Positions 1 to 11,979 of a stretch of 64,000 bases of DNA are shown here, piece by piece (the first letter of the stretch is position 1; the number at the start of each line of letters is the position of its first letter). The notes below the pieces were generated by a model. That model was not told the origin of the DNA. It searched no databases and saw only the letters and a program-made list of their open reading frames with translations. This DNA is from Haliotis rubra (Eukaryota): positions 1,426,001-1,490,000 of the forward strand of contig NW_025765103.1 in NCBI RefSeq assembly GCF_003918875.1, read 5' to 3'. The translations under genes were made by a program, and so were the position numbers.

Positions 1-247
1 TAAAATTGTCCTTATTGTTTGACAACACTGTTTCAGTATTGCTGGCTGGTCTTCTGGTGGCAACCTTCCTGGACCTTCTCCTGTTTGGGCCTTTAATGTA
101 ATTCCGATTCCGTATTTTATTTGGACGTCTTTTGTTCGTATGTTTGACCTTGTTGTTATGAACTTCATTCAAACCCTTTTCTTCGACAATGTCTGCATCA
201 TTCAGCATATGTACAGTTTCTTTTTCCTGTGGCTGGACCGCCTGGGC
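1..247 (-). CDS. Candidate coding exon, open to the window edge; probably part of the type II membrane protein gene starting at 11979
   Basis: Pyrimidine-rich acceptor (tcttcttcgtctgactctaccctatattattgCAG) ends at 248. The frame AQAVQPQEKETVHMLNDADIVEEKGLNEVHNNKVKHTNKRRPNKIRNRNYIKGPNRRRSRKVATRRPASNTETVLSNNKDNF has no stop through position 1. Confidence 0.45.
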
Positions 248-434
248 CTGCAATAATATAGGGTAGAGTCAGACGAAGAAGAGGCCTGGACAAGTTCAGA
301 TGGAGTGGACTGACGTAATGATGTAAAATTTGAAATTCAAAATCTGCCCATGTGACTTAAAGTCAGAAGTGTTTATGCCGTGGCCTGATTGTCCGTAAAC
401 GTCTTCTCAGACACCACTCTAAAGTTTCACATAC

Positions 435-481
435 CTGCTCCCAACAATAATGAGCCCATGATATGTTCAAGAGGTTCGAAT
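435..481 (-). CDS. Candidate 47-nt internal exon
   Basis: ccccAG acceptor and strong CAG/gtatgt donor. Open as SNLLNISWAHYCWEQ (joins the 1-247 frame) or FEPLEHIMGSLLLGA; phase is ambiguous. Confidence 0.3.
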
Positions 482-819
482 CTGGGGTTGGGGGGTTGGG
501 TTTTGTCAGCCACATTGAAAAACAAGCTATTTATGGTCATTACTCAGTCATTGTCACAATGAGATGAAATTTAGTGTTTGTTTTACATTGTATACTGTTG
601 TCTACATATCCAGGTAATTTGAGGAATCCACAAGTTAGTCTGGGCATTTCCATCATCCACTGAAGATGATTGTGTTACACAACTACACTAAAAGTATACA
701 TTTCATATCACCATAGGTCTTGTTATGTTATTTACATTAACACGAGCATAGTAAGTTTTGTCTTTGAGTATATCATAGCGCTTTCACATCGATGGAGCAG
801 GACTACAGGAAAGTGTGAA

Positions 820-1270
820 AGGCCAGGAAGGGTCATGAAAGAACTGGGAAAGTACTCTGGAAGGGCAATGAAAGACATGGGCAACAACCCAGAAAGGGTC
901 TTCGAAGACATGGACAAGTGCTTGGGAAGATCGTGCAATAAAATGGACAAGTGCTTGGGAAGATCGTGCAATAAAATGGACAAGTGCTTGGGAAGATCGT
1001 GCAATAAAATGGACAAGTGCTTGGGAAGATCGTGCAATATATGGACAAATGCTTGGGAAGAGCATGCAATAAATGGACAAGTGCTTGGGAAGGTCCTGCA
1101 ATAAATGGACAAGTGCTTGGGAAGGTCCTGCAATAAATGGACAAGTGCTTGGGAAAATCGTGCATTAAATGGAAATGTTCGTGGGAAGATAGTGAAAGAA
1201 ATGGACAGGTAGTTCGAAAGGTCGCGAACTAAATGGTTTAGTGCATGGGAAGGTCATGCAGGAAATGGAT
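820..1270. repeat. 32-33 bp minisatellite (ATGGACAAGTGCTTGGGAAGATCGTGCAATAAA)
   Basis: About 8 near-perfect central copies (910-1170), with degenerate in-register copies on both flanks. Confidence 0.95.
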
Positions 1271-2549
1271 ACACAAGTCTGGAACACAACACATAACTTT
1301 AACACTGTTCAAAGTGGCGATAAACGCACTGATAAAAAAATGCTTTTCCCACCTATAAATTCTTGTATTTAAACCTGGGGAAACGGTTCTGTCTGTGGGG
1401 CACTGTTGCGCCTCTTACCGATGTTACCGTATCAATGACGTTATGGCATTAAGTACATCAGCACACCTATACTCGATCTCCCAAACCCCGCATACCGCAC
1501 ATACTCTTTCAATCAGAACCAAAGAGCATGGAGATTTGTTTCACATGATAAATAAGTCGAATTGCGTATGTTAGCCAATAACGCTTTTTTGCCTTCAGAC
1601 ACGGTTATCAGATCAGCCCTGCCGACATTTGTTTTCAAGACATACAAAATTGTTTACAAGCGGTTGGACCCCACATTAGGCCCAGACGGGGTCAAGAAGT
1701 ACAGCCCCGTCTTTGTGCGACCCTACATTAGGAACTTCAAGAGGCGCTAATGTGTTTCCAGCAAGGCCGATAAGCCGGTCAGTTCAAAACAGAGAATACC
1801 TCTAGTAAATTCTCTTTTGATCCCGTAGCTTATCGCGTGATCACAGGGACACTGATAACGCACACATTTGTCTGAAATCGACAACACATTATCCCAAAGA
1901 CCTTACGGTACTTTGTTATTGAAATAATGCACTGAGCGAGATAGAACAACTGCTTATATTAAAGACTTGGTTTGAAAGTGATTGACGCATGTTTCTCAAG
2001 CGTCTACAATATGACAGACGTTGAGTTCAAAACACGAGTTCAAGGCTATAGCGTAACTTGGTGCGTTGTGTCCAGAACAATCATCTGTCACCAACGACAC
2101 AACATGCCACAGAATCATGATCACCTTCACCATCACTACCTATATGCTAGGGGCAATTATGTGGATCGGGCGGCCAGGGTCAGTGACCTCACAATCTATC
2201 TTGGTTGCTCATAATCCCCATGATCTGTCTAGACCCAGTCTGGGAGCTTAGAGATAGTCGAAATATTGTTGAGTACGGCGTGAAATAACAAACACAAGAG
2301 TACGACACCAACTTTGTGATATAAAGGATGTAACATCTGGGTATAACTCCATATATACCATTGGTATGACTCCGGCGGGGTAGCATACGCCATGGTAAAA
2401 CCGGAATATAACACCTGAGGTAAAAGGATATATCACCACAGGTAAGGGATGTACTGGAAGTAAAGTAGGTAATATATAGATATAACACCAAGGGGTGAAG
2501 AATATAACATCAGAGGTAAATTATATATCATTAGACGTCACTGGAGGAC

Positions 2550-2668
2550 CTGGGCCCTTATTCTCGAAACATCCGTGGCCTTAAGAATTGTTAACTTTGA
2601 TCGTAGCCAATGTGTTAAGAATGGGCTTAAGAAGTTCGTAGGGCTACGAACGTTTCGAGAATAGCTAG
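2550..2668. mobile_element. Palindromic MITE-like hairpin, copy A
   Basis: CTGGGCCC start; arms TATTCTCGAAACATCCGTGGCC / GGCTACGAACGTTTCGAGAATA; loop AATGTGTTAAGAATGGG resembles the copies at 30365 and 61234. Confidence 0.65.
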
Positions 2669-3499
2669 CTTGATCAAGCCACGACCAGATAGCTGGAGTA
2701 CTGCTGTGTGAAACAGCAATCAAGGATATGTGGTAACGAGAATAAAGGATATACATATATATCCTGTTACACCAGGAATAAAGGAGGTATATATACGTAT
2801 TTCCTGTCTACTTAACAAGTTTATTTCACCTCGGTGAGGTTCATATTGGCGCACAAACTATGCATGTCTAACTATGTATTTTAAGCTATCGTTGTTATCC
2901 TGGAAAAAAAGCATGAGGCAGGCGGGACGAAGTTCCGGCATAATGAAAACACATGCTTAGCAATTCCAGAGTTTTTTTGTAATTCTTTTCGAATTCACTC
3001 TTCAGTAACTTAATCCATAATCAGAGGTAAATGGTATGAGAACAGAAGAGGAAAGATATGACATCGGTAAAACACATAAGTGTACGAAACAATTTGCATC
3101 ATTTATTTCCGTGAAACAGTTTGTTGGCTTATTTCCAGCAATTGTAAGGCCTCGTTGCCTTACTCTAAATTCTTATGTATATACATTTTTCTTTCTTGCA
3201 GAGGAAGACGGTGTCTAGCCATGAACTCCCTCCGCTTGAAACTACCTATCGTTTATTCTTTATATATAGTTTGTCAACACATGGTCTACACGGCCTGGGT
3301 GTAGCAGCCTGATGGTCATGCAAGGTAGTGTGTATGCCCCGGTAATTACCCAGGAGATAGCCTTCTTTCATGTGGATTATTTTTACTTCCTTGTCAGATC
3401 AGAGTGTTTGATGAGCTGGTTCCGATGAGAGATGAGACACGCTGTACGTGCAAAACACACAACAGATGGACACTAGAGTGGAGACGGACTTGAAGACAC

Positions 3500-6400
3500 G
3501 TGGAGACTGGTGTGGAGACTGGTAGGAGACTGAGGGGAGATCGGTAGGTGACTGGTCGGGAGACTGGTAGGGGAGACTGAGGGGAGACTGGTAGGGAGAC
3601 TGGTGGGGAGACTGAGGGGAGATCGGTAGGTGACTGGTGGGGAGACTGGTAGGAGACTGAGGGGAGATTGGTAGGTGACTGGTGGGGAGACTGAGGGGAT
3701 ATCGGTAGGTGACTGGTGGGGAGACTGAGGGGAGATCGGTAGGTGACTGGTGGGGAGACTGAGGGGATATCGGTAGGTGACTGGTGGGGAGACTGAGGGG
3801 GATATCGGTAGGTGACTGGTGGGGAGACTGAGGGGATATCGGTAGGTGACTGGTGGGGAGACTGAGGGGGATATCGGTAGGTGACTGGTGGGGAGACTGA
3901 GGGGATATCGGTAGGTGACTGGTGGGGAGACTGAGGGGGATATCGGTAGGTGACTGGTGGGGAGACTGGTAGGAAACTGAGGGGAGATCGGTAGGTGACT
4001 GGTGGGGAGACTGAGGGGAGATCGGTAGGTGACTGGTGGAGAGACTGAGGGGAGATCGGTAGGTGACTGGTGGGGAGACTGAGGGGGATATCGGTAGGTG
4101 ACTGTGGGGAGACTGGTAGGAAACTGAGGGGAGATCGGTAGGTGACTGGTGGGGAGACTGAGGGGAGATCGGTAGGTGACTGGTGGAGAGACTGAGGGGA
4201 GATCGGTAGGTGACTGGTGGGGACACTAGGGGTAGCGGGAGGTGAATGGTGAGGAGACTGAGGGGAGATCGGTAGGTGACTGTGGGGAGACTGGTAGGAA
4301 ACTGAGGGGAGATCGGTAGGTGACTGGTGGGGAGACTGAGGGGATATCGGTAGGTGACTGGTGGGGAAACTGAGGGGAGATCGGTAGGTGACTGGTGGAG
4401 AGACTGAGGGGATATCGGTAGGTGACTGGTGGGGAGACTGTGGGGGATATCGGTAGGTGACTGGTGGGGAGACTGAGGGGATATCGGTAGGTGACTGGTG
4501 GGGAGACTGGGGGATATCGGTAGGTGACTGGTTGGGAGACTGAGGGGATATCGGTAGGTGACTGGTGGGAGACTGGTAGGAGGAGACTGAGGGAGATCGG
4601 TAGGTGACTGGTGGGGAGACTGAGGGAGATCGGTAGGTGACTGGTGGGGAGACTGGTAGGGTAGACTGAGGAGATCGGTAGGTGACTGGTGGGGGAGACT
4701 GAGGGGAGATCGGTAGGTGACTGGTGGGGAGACTGAGGAGACTGATCGGTAGGTGACTGGTGGGAGACTGAGGGGAGATCGGTAGGTGACTGGGGGTGGG
4801 GAGACTGAGGGGGATATCGGTAGGTGACTGGTGGGGAGACTGAGGGGTGAATATCGGTAGGTGACTGGTGGGGAGACTGAGGGGATATCGGTAGGTGACT
4901 GGTGGGGGAGACTGAGGGGATATCGGTAGGTGACTGGTTGGAGGACTGAGGACAGACTGAGGGGATATCCTGGTAGGTGAGGGAAAACAAAAGGATCAAA
5001 TAAAATTACGTCCGAAGACAAAAGGATAAATCGAGACAAAGCCAGAAAAGTGTCGAAGACAAAGATCGAAATTAATCGTCGAAAGACAAAATCAAACCGT
5101 GTATCGTCAAAGTTTCAAGGAATAAATAAAAGAACAAAGATCGAAATCGTCTTTCTCGAAGTCATCCGAAAACAAAAGATCAAATCGTCGAACAAAGAGA
5201 TAAACCGATAAAGTGAACAAAATAAAGAAGACAAAAGATCAATAAATAAATTAAAGAACAAAAGATCAATCAAAGATAAAGGATATTCGTCAAAGATAAA
5301 GGATAAATTAATCATCGAACAAAAGATCAATAAATGCGTCGAAGATAAAGATCGTCGAACAAAATCAGAAGATAAAGATCGTCGATCGTCAAAGATAAAA
5401 GATCATTAATAAATGCATCAGGAACAAACCAGAACAAAACCGTCAATCAAATGTCGAAGACAAAGTCAATCGATCGTCGATAAAGATAAGTCGTCGTCGA
5501 ATCGTCAATCAGTGTCGTCGAACAAAGACGTCGAACAAAGATCAAATCAAGGTCGAAAACAAAGATCAATGGAAGTAAAGAACAAAGGATCAATCAAATT
5601 AATCAACAAAGGATAAATTAACCGAACAGATCGTAAAACAAAGTGTCGATATCGTCCGAACAAAGATCAAATTGTCGTCGAGACAAAGTCGTCGATGAAC
5701 AAAGATCAAATCCAGAAACAAAGATCAGTGAACAAAGACAAAGATCAAATTGTGGGGAGACTGAGGGGATGTTTGAGCTGGTGGGGAGACTGAGGGGATA
5801 TCAGTAGGTGACTGAGTGGGGAGACTGAGGGAAATCGGTAGAGTGACTGGGTGGGGAAGACTGGTAGGAAGTGAGGGAGAATCAGTAGGTGACTGGTGGG
5901 GAGACTGAGGGATATCGGTAGGTGACTGAGGTAGAAACTGAGGGAGATCAGGTAAGGTGACTGGTGGAGAAGACTGAGGGGCATATCGGTAGGTGACTGA
6001 GGGGGAGACTGTGGGGATATCGGTGGGTGACTGGTTTGGGGAGACTGAGGGGATATCATTGGGTGACTGGTGGAAGGACTGAGGGGGATATCGGTAGGTG
6101 ACTGGTTGGGAGACTGAGGGGATATCCGGTGGGTGACTGGTGGGGAGACTGGTAGGAGACTGAGGGAGATCGGTAGGTGACTGGTTAAGGGGAGACTGAG
6201 GGGGATATCGGTGAGGCGACTGGTGGGGAGACTGAGTAGGAGACTGAGGGATATCGGTAGGTGACTGGTGAGGGGAGACTGGGTGATATCGGTAGGTGAC
6301 CTGGTGGGGAGACTGAGGGGATATCGGTAGGTGACTGGTGGGGAGACTGAGGGGATATCGGTAGGTGACTGGTGGAGAGACTGAGGGATATCGGTAGGTG

Positions 6401-8160
6401 ACTGGTGGAGACTGAGGATATCGGTAGGTGACTGGTGGGGAGACTGGTGGAAGGAGGGAGATCGGTAGGTGACTGGTGGGAGAGACTGAGGGAGATCGGT
6501 AGGTGACTGGTGGAGGAGACTGAGGGGATATCGGTAGGTGACCTGGTGGGGCAGGGGATATCAGTAGGAGACCGGTGGAGGGGAGATATCGGTAGGTGAC
6601 TGTGGGGGGGAGACTGAGGGAGATCGGTAGGTGACTGGTGGGGAGACTGAGGGGAGATCGGTAGGTGACTGGTGGAGAGACTGAGGGAGATCGGTAGGTG
6701 ACTGGTGGGGACACTGAGGATATGGTGGAGGAGTGGTGGAGACTGGCAGGAAACTGGGGGAGATCGGTAGGTGACTGAGTGGGTAGACCGAGGGAGATCG
6801 GTAGGTGACTGGTGGAGAGACCGAGGGAGATCGGTGGTGACTGGTGGGGAGACTGAGGGATATGGGGAGGTGAATGGACAGGTAGGAAACTGAGGGGATC
6901 GGTAGGTGACTGGTGGGAGACTGGAGGGAATAGGTGACTGGTGGAGGAGGATATCGGTAGGTGACTGACCGGTGGGGAGACTGAGGGGGATATCCGGAGG
7001 TGAGATGGTGGGGAGACTCAGGGAGATCGGTAGGAGTGGGGAACTGGTAGGAAACCGTGGGAGACTCTAGGTGACCAGAGGGGAGACTGAGGGATATCGG
7101 TAGGTGACTGGTGGGGAGACTGAGGGAGATCGGTAGGTGACTGGTGGGAGTGGGACGTGAGGTGAGGTGATAGACGGTGATCCGTGACTGGTGGGGAGAC
7201 TGAGGATATCCCGGTAGGTGACTGGTGGGGAGATTGAGGGGAGATCGGTAGGTGACTGGTGGGGAGACTGAGGGATATCGGTAGGTGACTGGTGGGGGAG
7301 ACTGAGGGGAGATCGGTAGGTGACTGGTGGAGAGACTGAGGGGAGATCGGTAGGTGACTGGTGGGGAGACTGAGGGGATATCGGTAGGTGACTGGTGGGG
7401 AGGGGATATGTAGGGGGGAGACGGTGGGGATATCGGTAGGTGACTGGTGGGAGACTGAGGGGATATCGGTAGGTGACTGAGGGGACAGACTGGTAGGAAA
7501 CTGAGGGAGATCGGTAGGTGACTGGTCGGGGAGACTGAGGGGAGATCGGTAGGTGACTGGTGGAGAGACTGAGGGGAGATCGGTAGGTGACTGGTGGGGA
7601 CACTAGGGGTAGCGGGAGGTGAATGGTGAGGAGACTGAGGGGAGATCGGTAGGTGACTGTGGGGAGACTGGTAGGAAACTGAGGGGAGATCGGTAGGTGA
7701 CTGGTGGGGAGACTGAGGGGGATATCGGTAGGAGACTGGTGGGGACATTAAGGGGAGATCGGTAGGTGACTGGTGGGGAGACTGAGGGGATATCGGTAGG
7801 TGACTGGTGGGGAAACTGAGGGGAGATCGGTAGGTGACTGGTGGGGACACTAGGGGTAGCGGGAGGTGAATGGTGGGGAGACTGAGGGGAGATCGGTAGG
7901 TGGCTGGTGGGATATTTGAAGGGAGGCCGATGGGAGATCGGTTGGGGCTGGTGGGGAGATCAGTAGGTGACTGGTGGGGAGATTGGGGGTAGCGGGAGGT
8001 GAATGGTGAGGAGACTGAGGGGCGATCGGTAGGTGACTGGTGGGATACTTGAAGGGAGGCCGAGGGGAGATCGGTTTGGGGATGGTGGGGAGATCAGTAG
8101 GTGACTGGTGAGGAGATTGGGGGGAGATCAGTAGGAGACTGGGGTGGGGGGACTTGGAAC
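3500..8160. repeat. G-rich ~32-33 bp satellite (GACTGAGGGGAKATCGGTAGGTGACTGGTGGGGA), interrupted at ~4980-5750
   Basis: Roughly 100 or more tandem units with strong G/C strand skew. It produces the spurious P/S/T-rich minus-strand ORFs. Confidence 0.97.
4980..5750. repeat. Scrambled A-rich repeat (AAAGATCAAATCGTCGAAGAC-like) nested in the G-rich satellite
   Basis: Recurring ACAAAGATCAA and TCGTCGAA motifs without a stable period. Confidence 0.75.
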
Positions 8161-8417
8161 ATCGGTTGGTGGCTGATGGGGTGTTTAGATACACCACCCG
8201 ATGTTTAGCTACACCATCTGATGGTCTACTTGACTGATGTGCCAACTAGCAGCAAGTAGCTCCGGGTGGGAGATCCTGGTGTAGGAGACAGAAAATACTT
8301 TCACTTTCACTTTTGGGCGATTTGCGGACGTCCGATGGTTCGAGCCCCGGTTGCGTCCTACCTCAAGACATATAAGATGATGGTGCTTGTTGTTACCCTG
8401 CATGCGTTAGATATTAA

Positions 8418-8591
8418 GTGAGTGAGTTGGGTTTTACGCCGCTTTTAGCAATATTCCAGCAATATCACGGCTGGGGAACGCTAGAAATAGGCTTCACGCA
8501 TTATACCCATGTGGGGAATCGAACCCCGACATCAGTCGGGCCTTCGGCGTGACGAGCAAACGGTTTCATCACTAGGCTACCCCACCGCCCC
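8418..8591 (-). mobile_element. tRNA-derived SINE (family 1)
   Basis: Reverse complement of 9732-9893: A box TAGCCTAGTG, B box GGTTCGATTCC, 3' GATATTGCTGGAATATTGCTAAAAGCGGCGTAAAAC, (ACTC)n tail. Confidence 0.9.
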
Positions 8592-8605
8592 CGTTAAGGG
8601 GACAA

Positions 8606-9223
8606 CACAAGCACCTGTCTGCTCAGTACACTGTCAGTCCCCATGTGCTGCCTGGTACCACAGTGGGCTGCACTGTAACACTGACATCAGTCTGGACTAC
8701 CACAAGCACCTGTCTGCTCTGTACACTGTCAGTCCCCATGTGCTGCCTGGTACCACAGTGGGCTGCACTGTAACACTGACATCAGTCCCGACTACCACAA
8801 GCACCTGTCTGCTCAGTACACTGTCAGTCCCCATGTGCTGCCTGGTACCACAGTGGGCTGCACTATAACACTGACATCAGTCCCGACTACCACAAGCACC
8901 TGTCTGCTCAGTACACTGTCAGTCCCCATGTGCTGCCTGGTACCACAGTGGGCTGCACTGTAACACTGACATGTTTGAACTACCACAAGCATCTGTCTGC
9001 TCAGTACACTGTCAGTCCCCATGTGCTGCCTGGTACCACAGTGGGCTGCACTGTAACACTGACATCAGTCTGGTCTACCACAAGCACCTGTCTGCTCTGT
9101 ACACTGTCAGTCCCCATGTGCTGCCTGGTACCACAGTGGGCTGCACTGTAACACTGACATCAGTCCCGACTACCACAAGCGCCTGTCTGCTCAGTACACT
9201 GTCAGTCCCCATGTGCTGCCTGG
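8606..9223. repeat. 95 bp minisatellite, ~6.5 copies
   Basis: CACAAGCACC recurs at 8606, 8701, 8796, 8891, etc. Confidence 0.95.
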
Positions 9224-9731
9224 TCTCCATGTTAAATGTGCGTCATAGTACCTCAGTGGTCTGCCATATATCATATGTACTTATAAGCATAAGGCTAATT
9301 CCGCCAGGTACAGCGGATCATCTCTTATAATCCGACATGTCCAGGTGGATTACAAGGGTATTCATCCATGCTCCATGTTGATATCTTTGAAGTAGTATTG
9401 ATCTTGATAGCTAAGGTAGACCCAAGGGGTATGAATTATTGTACGTCACATTCCGAATCTAACCTCCATATTGCCATTATGCAGGTATTTCGTGCACCAG
9501 AGTGGCCCAGCCGCCGAAGACGCCACATTTCACCATGCAGAGTTGCGCCCCTTTAGTGAAACATAATCCGATTATTGTAAGTTCGAATCTCAGATCTGTC
9601 CTAAATGCGATTCTAGGTGTGTCAGGATTTCACAACAGTGGTTAATGTCTTTGAACAGCATCACTTTAAACCATTTAATTGACACAAAGTGATATAACTG
9701 AAATACTGTTCTGCACTGAACAAACTGGCCC

Positions 9732-9893
9732 GGGTGTTGGGGTAGCCTAGTGGTTAAAGCGTTCGCTTGTAACGCCGAAGACTCGGGTTCGATTCCCCAC
9801 ATGGGTACAATGTATGAAGCCCATTTCTAGTGTACCCCGCCGTGATATTGCTGGAATATTGCTAAAAGCGGCGTAAAACCAAACTCACTCACT
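9732..9893 (+). mobile_element. tRNA-derived SINE (family 1)
   Basis: Pol III A box TAGCCTAGTGG and B box GGTTCGATTCC in a tRNA-like head, a non-tRNA body and an ACTC tail. Confidence 0.92.
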
Positions 9894-9919
9894 TACAAAT
9901 GGCCAAACCCAAAACTCAC

Positions 9920-9976
9920 TCTCTCAGCCACCCACTCGCTGTACTTCAGTCGTAATACCACCATGGCCGATGCTAA
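9920..9976 (-). CDS. Candidate exon 3 (LASAMVVLRLKYSEWVAER)
   Basis: gttttCAG acceptor, AGA/gtgagt donor, 57 nt, phase 0-0 and compatible with exon 2. The donor could instead be SINE-tail sequence. Confidence 0.3.
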
Positions 9977-11112
9977 CTGAAAACTTCCAACAAACTTGAT
10001 CTGGTTTATTACCGGTGTTGGTGTACCTATTCACCAACCTCTATAAAGATAGCGTTATCTGAGCACAGATATACCAAATCTACGTGTTTCTATATAGGAC
10101 GCAGAGCTAGCTCCTCAATAAGAACCGGTTAGTGTTCATGAAATGTATCAGTGTCGATGTCAGCCTGATCAAAGGTAACACTCTCAAAGTGTCGGCGTGT
10201 CAAAAGGTTACCGGTGTTTACTCGCAGACAAAATGTGTTTATTTTCACCTGTGCTTGGAACTCTCACTGTTTGATGAGTTTTCTTGAATCAAAGATATAT
10301 ACCACTGAAGAAACCTTTAAAGTATAGACGTGAGTCGTAGTGCGCATGTGCGTGCGTGCTTATGTGCGCGTCTGAGCTTATTAAATGCGGTGGGGGATGA
10401 GAGGTGGTCTGTCTCGTTTTGGAGTGTACGTGAGTGTGAGCGTATGTTACGATGCTTGTGGGTGTGCGAGCGTTTTTAGATCTGTTTCGATTAAGTGCAG
10501 TTAGTTAATTGTAGAAAATGCCTTTTGTCTGCCTCACAGATAGATGTTGATTCTCGGAAGTCTTTAGGATTGCTTTGATGTTTTTCTCTGAGTGCTCCGT
10601 GCGTTTATTCGAATATCTGATATACACTTAACGGAAAGGTTGGTTAATATGACTATTTGATTAACCTCTCCGACTAGAAGCCAGGCCGGGTGCTGTCACA
10701 CTCCATTGGGTAGCACTGAATTGTTCAGATAAAGGATGAAATATATATTTTGGAATATACTTTTTTCACCAGAGGATGAAAGACCCTCTCAACAAACCAA
10801 ATAAGCAAAGACAGCCATCAGTATATGATCTGGTTAATCTGCTCTGTCCACGATGGGACCACAGTATTTGCAAGTCTGGCTCTTCCCTCAGAAATATAAC
10901 ATGTGGCAATGCTGCAAGTATATATATACTCCAGATGGGTAATAATGTAATAATCTACATCGAACTTCGCTTAATGCAATTAACAAGAGGTTGTTATTCA
11001 TGAAGCCGCACCTTTTATTATGCAAAAATTCCTGACGTCTCGTCAGTGAAAATGCGACACTTTTCACTGATATATTATGTCATATACATATTAAATAGGC
11101 ACCTGTTATATA

Positions 11113-11211
11113 CTCATGCCAATAATGGTTGTCACCCCCTTCAACCTTTTTTAAATGGAGAGGGGGTGTAGGGTTGGGGTGGGAGGGGGTGACAACCATT
11201 ATTGGCATGAG
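11113..11211. mobile_element. TA-flanked MITE (Tc1/mariner type), copy 1
   Basis: Perfect TIR CTCATGCCAATAATGGTTGTCACCCC / GGGGTGACAACCATTATTGGCATGAG with TA on both sides; second copy at 56658. Confidence 0.9.
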
Positions 11212-11341
11212 TATATATAGAAATAAACCAAGAAACGTTGTTAATTGGACACGACTTTGACCCGTATGCATCAGGGTGGGGGGGTGCGAAATTATTGTCC
11301 CTGGGGAGTATTTCCCCCTAATCTTTGCACTTCATGATATA

Positions 11342-11396
11342 TGTGTGTGTGCGCGCGCGCGCACGCACGCACGCATACACATACACACACACACAC
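11342..11396. repeat. Alternating purine-pyrimidine microsatellite (TG/CG/CA)
   Basis: tgtgtgtgtgcgcgcgcgcgcacgcacgcacgcatacacatacacacac. Confidence 0.9.
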
Positions 11397-11460
11397 TCCT
11401 CCTAAATACTGGATCCTCCCCTGGGGATAGATGAATCACATTGACTAATCTACTACATAC

Positions 11461-11508
11461 CTCATCATCGAACCGGACATCACAGCCATATACCGGCTTG
11501 GACAAACC
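11461..11508 (-). CDS. Candidate exon 2 (GLSKPVYGCDVRFDDE)
   Basis: ttaatgTAG acceptor, GAG/gtatgt donor, 48 nt, phase 0-0, in frame with exon 1. Confidence 0.5.
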
Positions 11509-11790
11509 CTACATTAACTCACCCAAACATTTTGAATCCATAGAAATATATCATTGGGTATATATATTTGGATTGACTGTTGACGATGTAAGCTGTCATT
11601 AAGCTAGTATCTTTCTGCCTTATCAATGCTCGTTGTGGGCTTAAGGATTAGTCTTTGGGCCCATTACGAGAATATGTAGAATTAATCATGTTGTACATCA
11701 TTCGATAATTGTTGACTGTTGGGTTGGTATGTTTTGGTTAAAATGGTTTCAGGATACATATATGTACTGAACAGATAAATCAATTCTTAC

Positions 11791-11979
11791 CCCACGAGTG
11801 ATGTTCCCTTTTTGTTCATCAGCTGTGACGTCAGAACCATTGAATTCAGTCACGTGACTTGGAACAGTGAACGTCCACGTTAAAGAAAACACAAGCGCTA
11901 CAAACGCGATCATGAGGGCAATGTTGACGATAAGCAAGGCGACTTTACAAAGACGAACTCGCTTTTTCTTCTCAATCAT
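11791..11979 (-). CDS. First coding exon of an uncharacterised type II single-pass membrane protein
   Basis: MIEKKKRVRLCK (basic cytosolic tail), then VALLIVNIALMIAFVALVFSLTW (hydrophobic helix), then a stalk with NGS and NIT sequons. In-frame stop upstream; GGG/gtaaga donor at 11790. Confidence 0.65.

Noticed and set aside
3399-8245. Long P/S/T-rich ORFs (546, 429, 329 aa) resembling extensins or mucins
   Set aside because: They are translations of the satellite's C-rich strand: several frames are open at once, with constant frame switching.
9732-9805. tRNA gene
   Set aside because: The tRNA-like head continues into a SINE body and tail, and homologous copies occur elsewhere in the window.
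11272-11424. GGATCC-ended element remnants following both TA-MITE copies (also 56885-57018)
   Set aside because: Too degenerate; spacing and orientation differ, so the association is probably coincidental.
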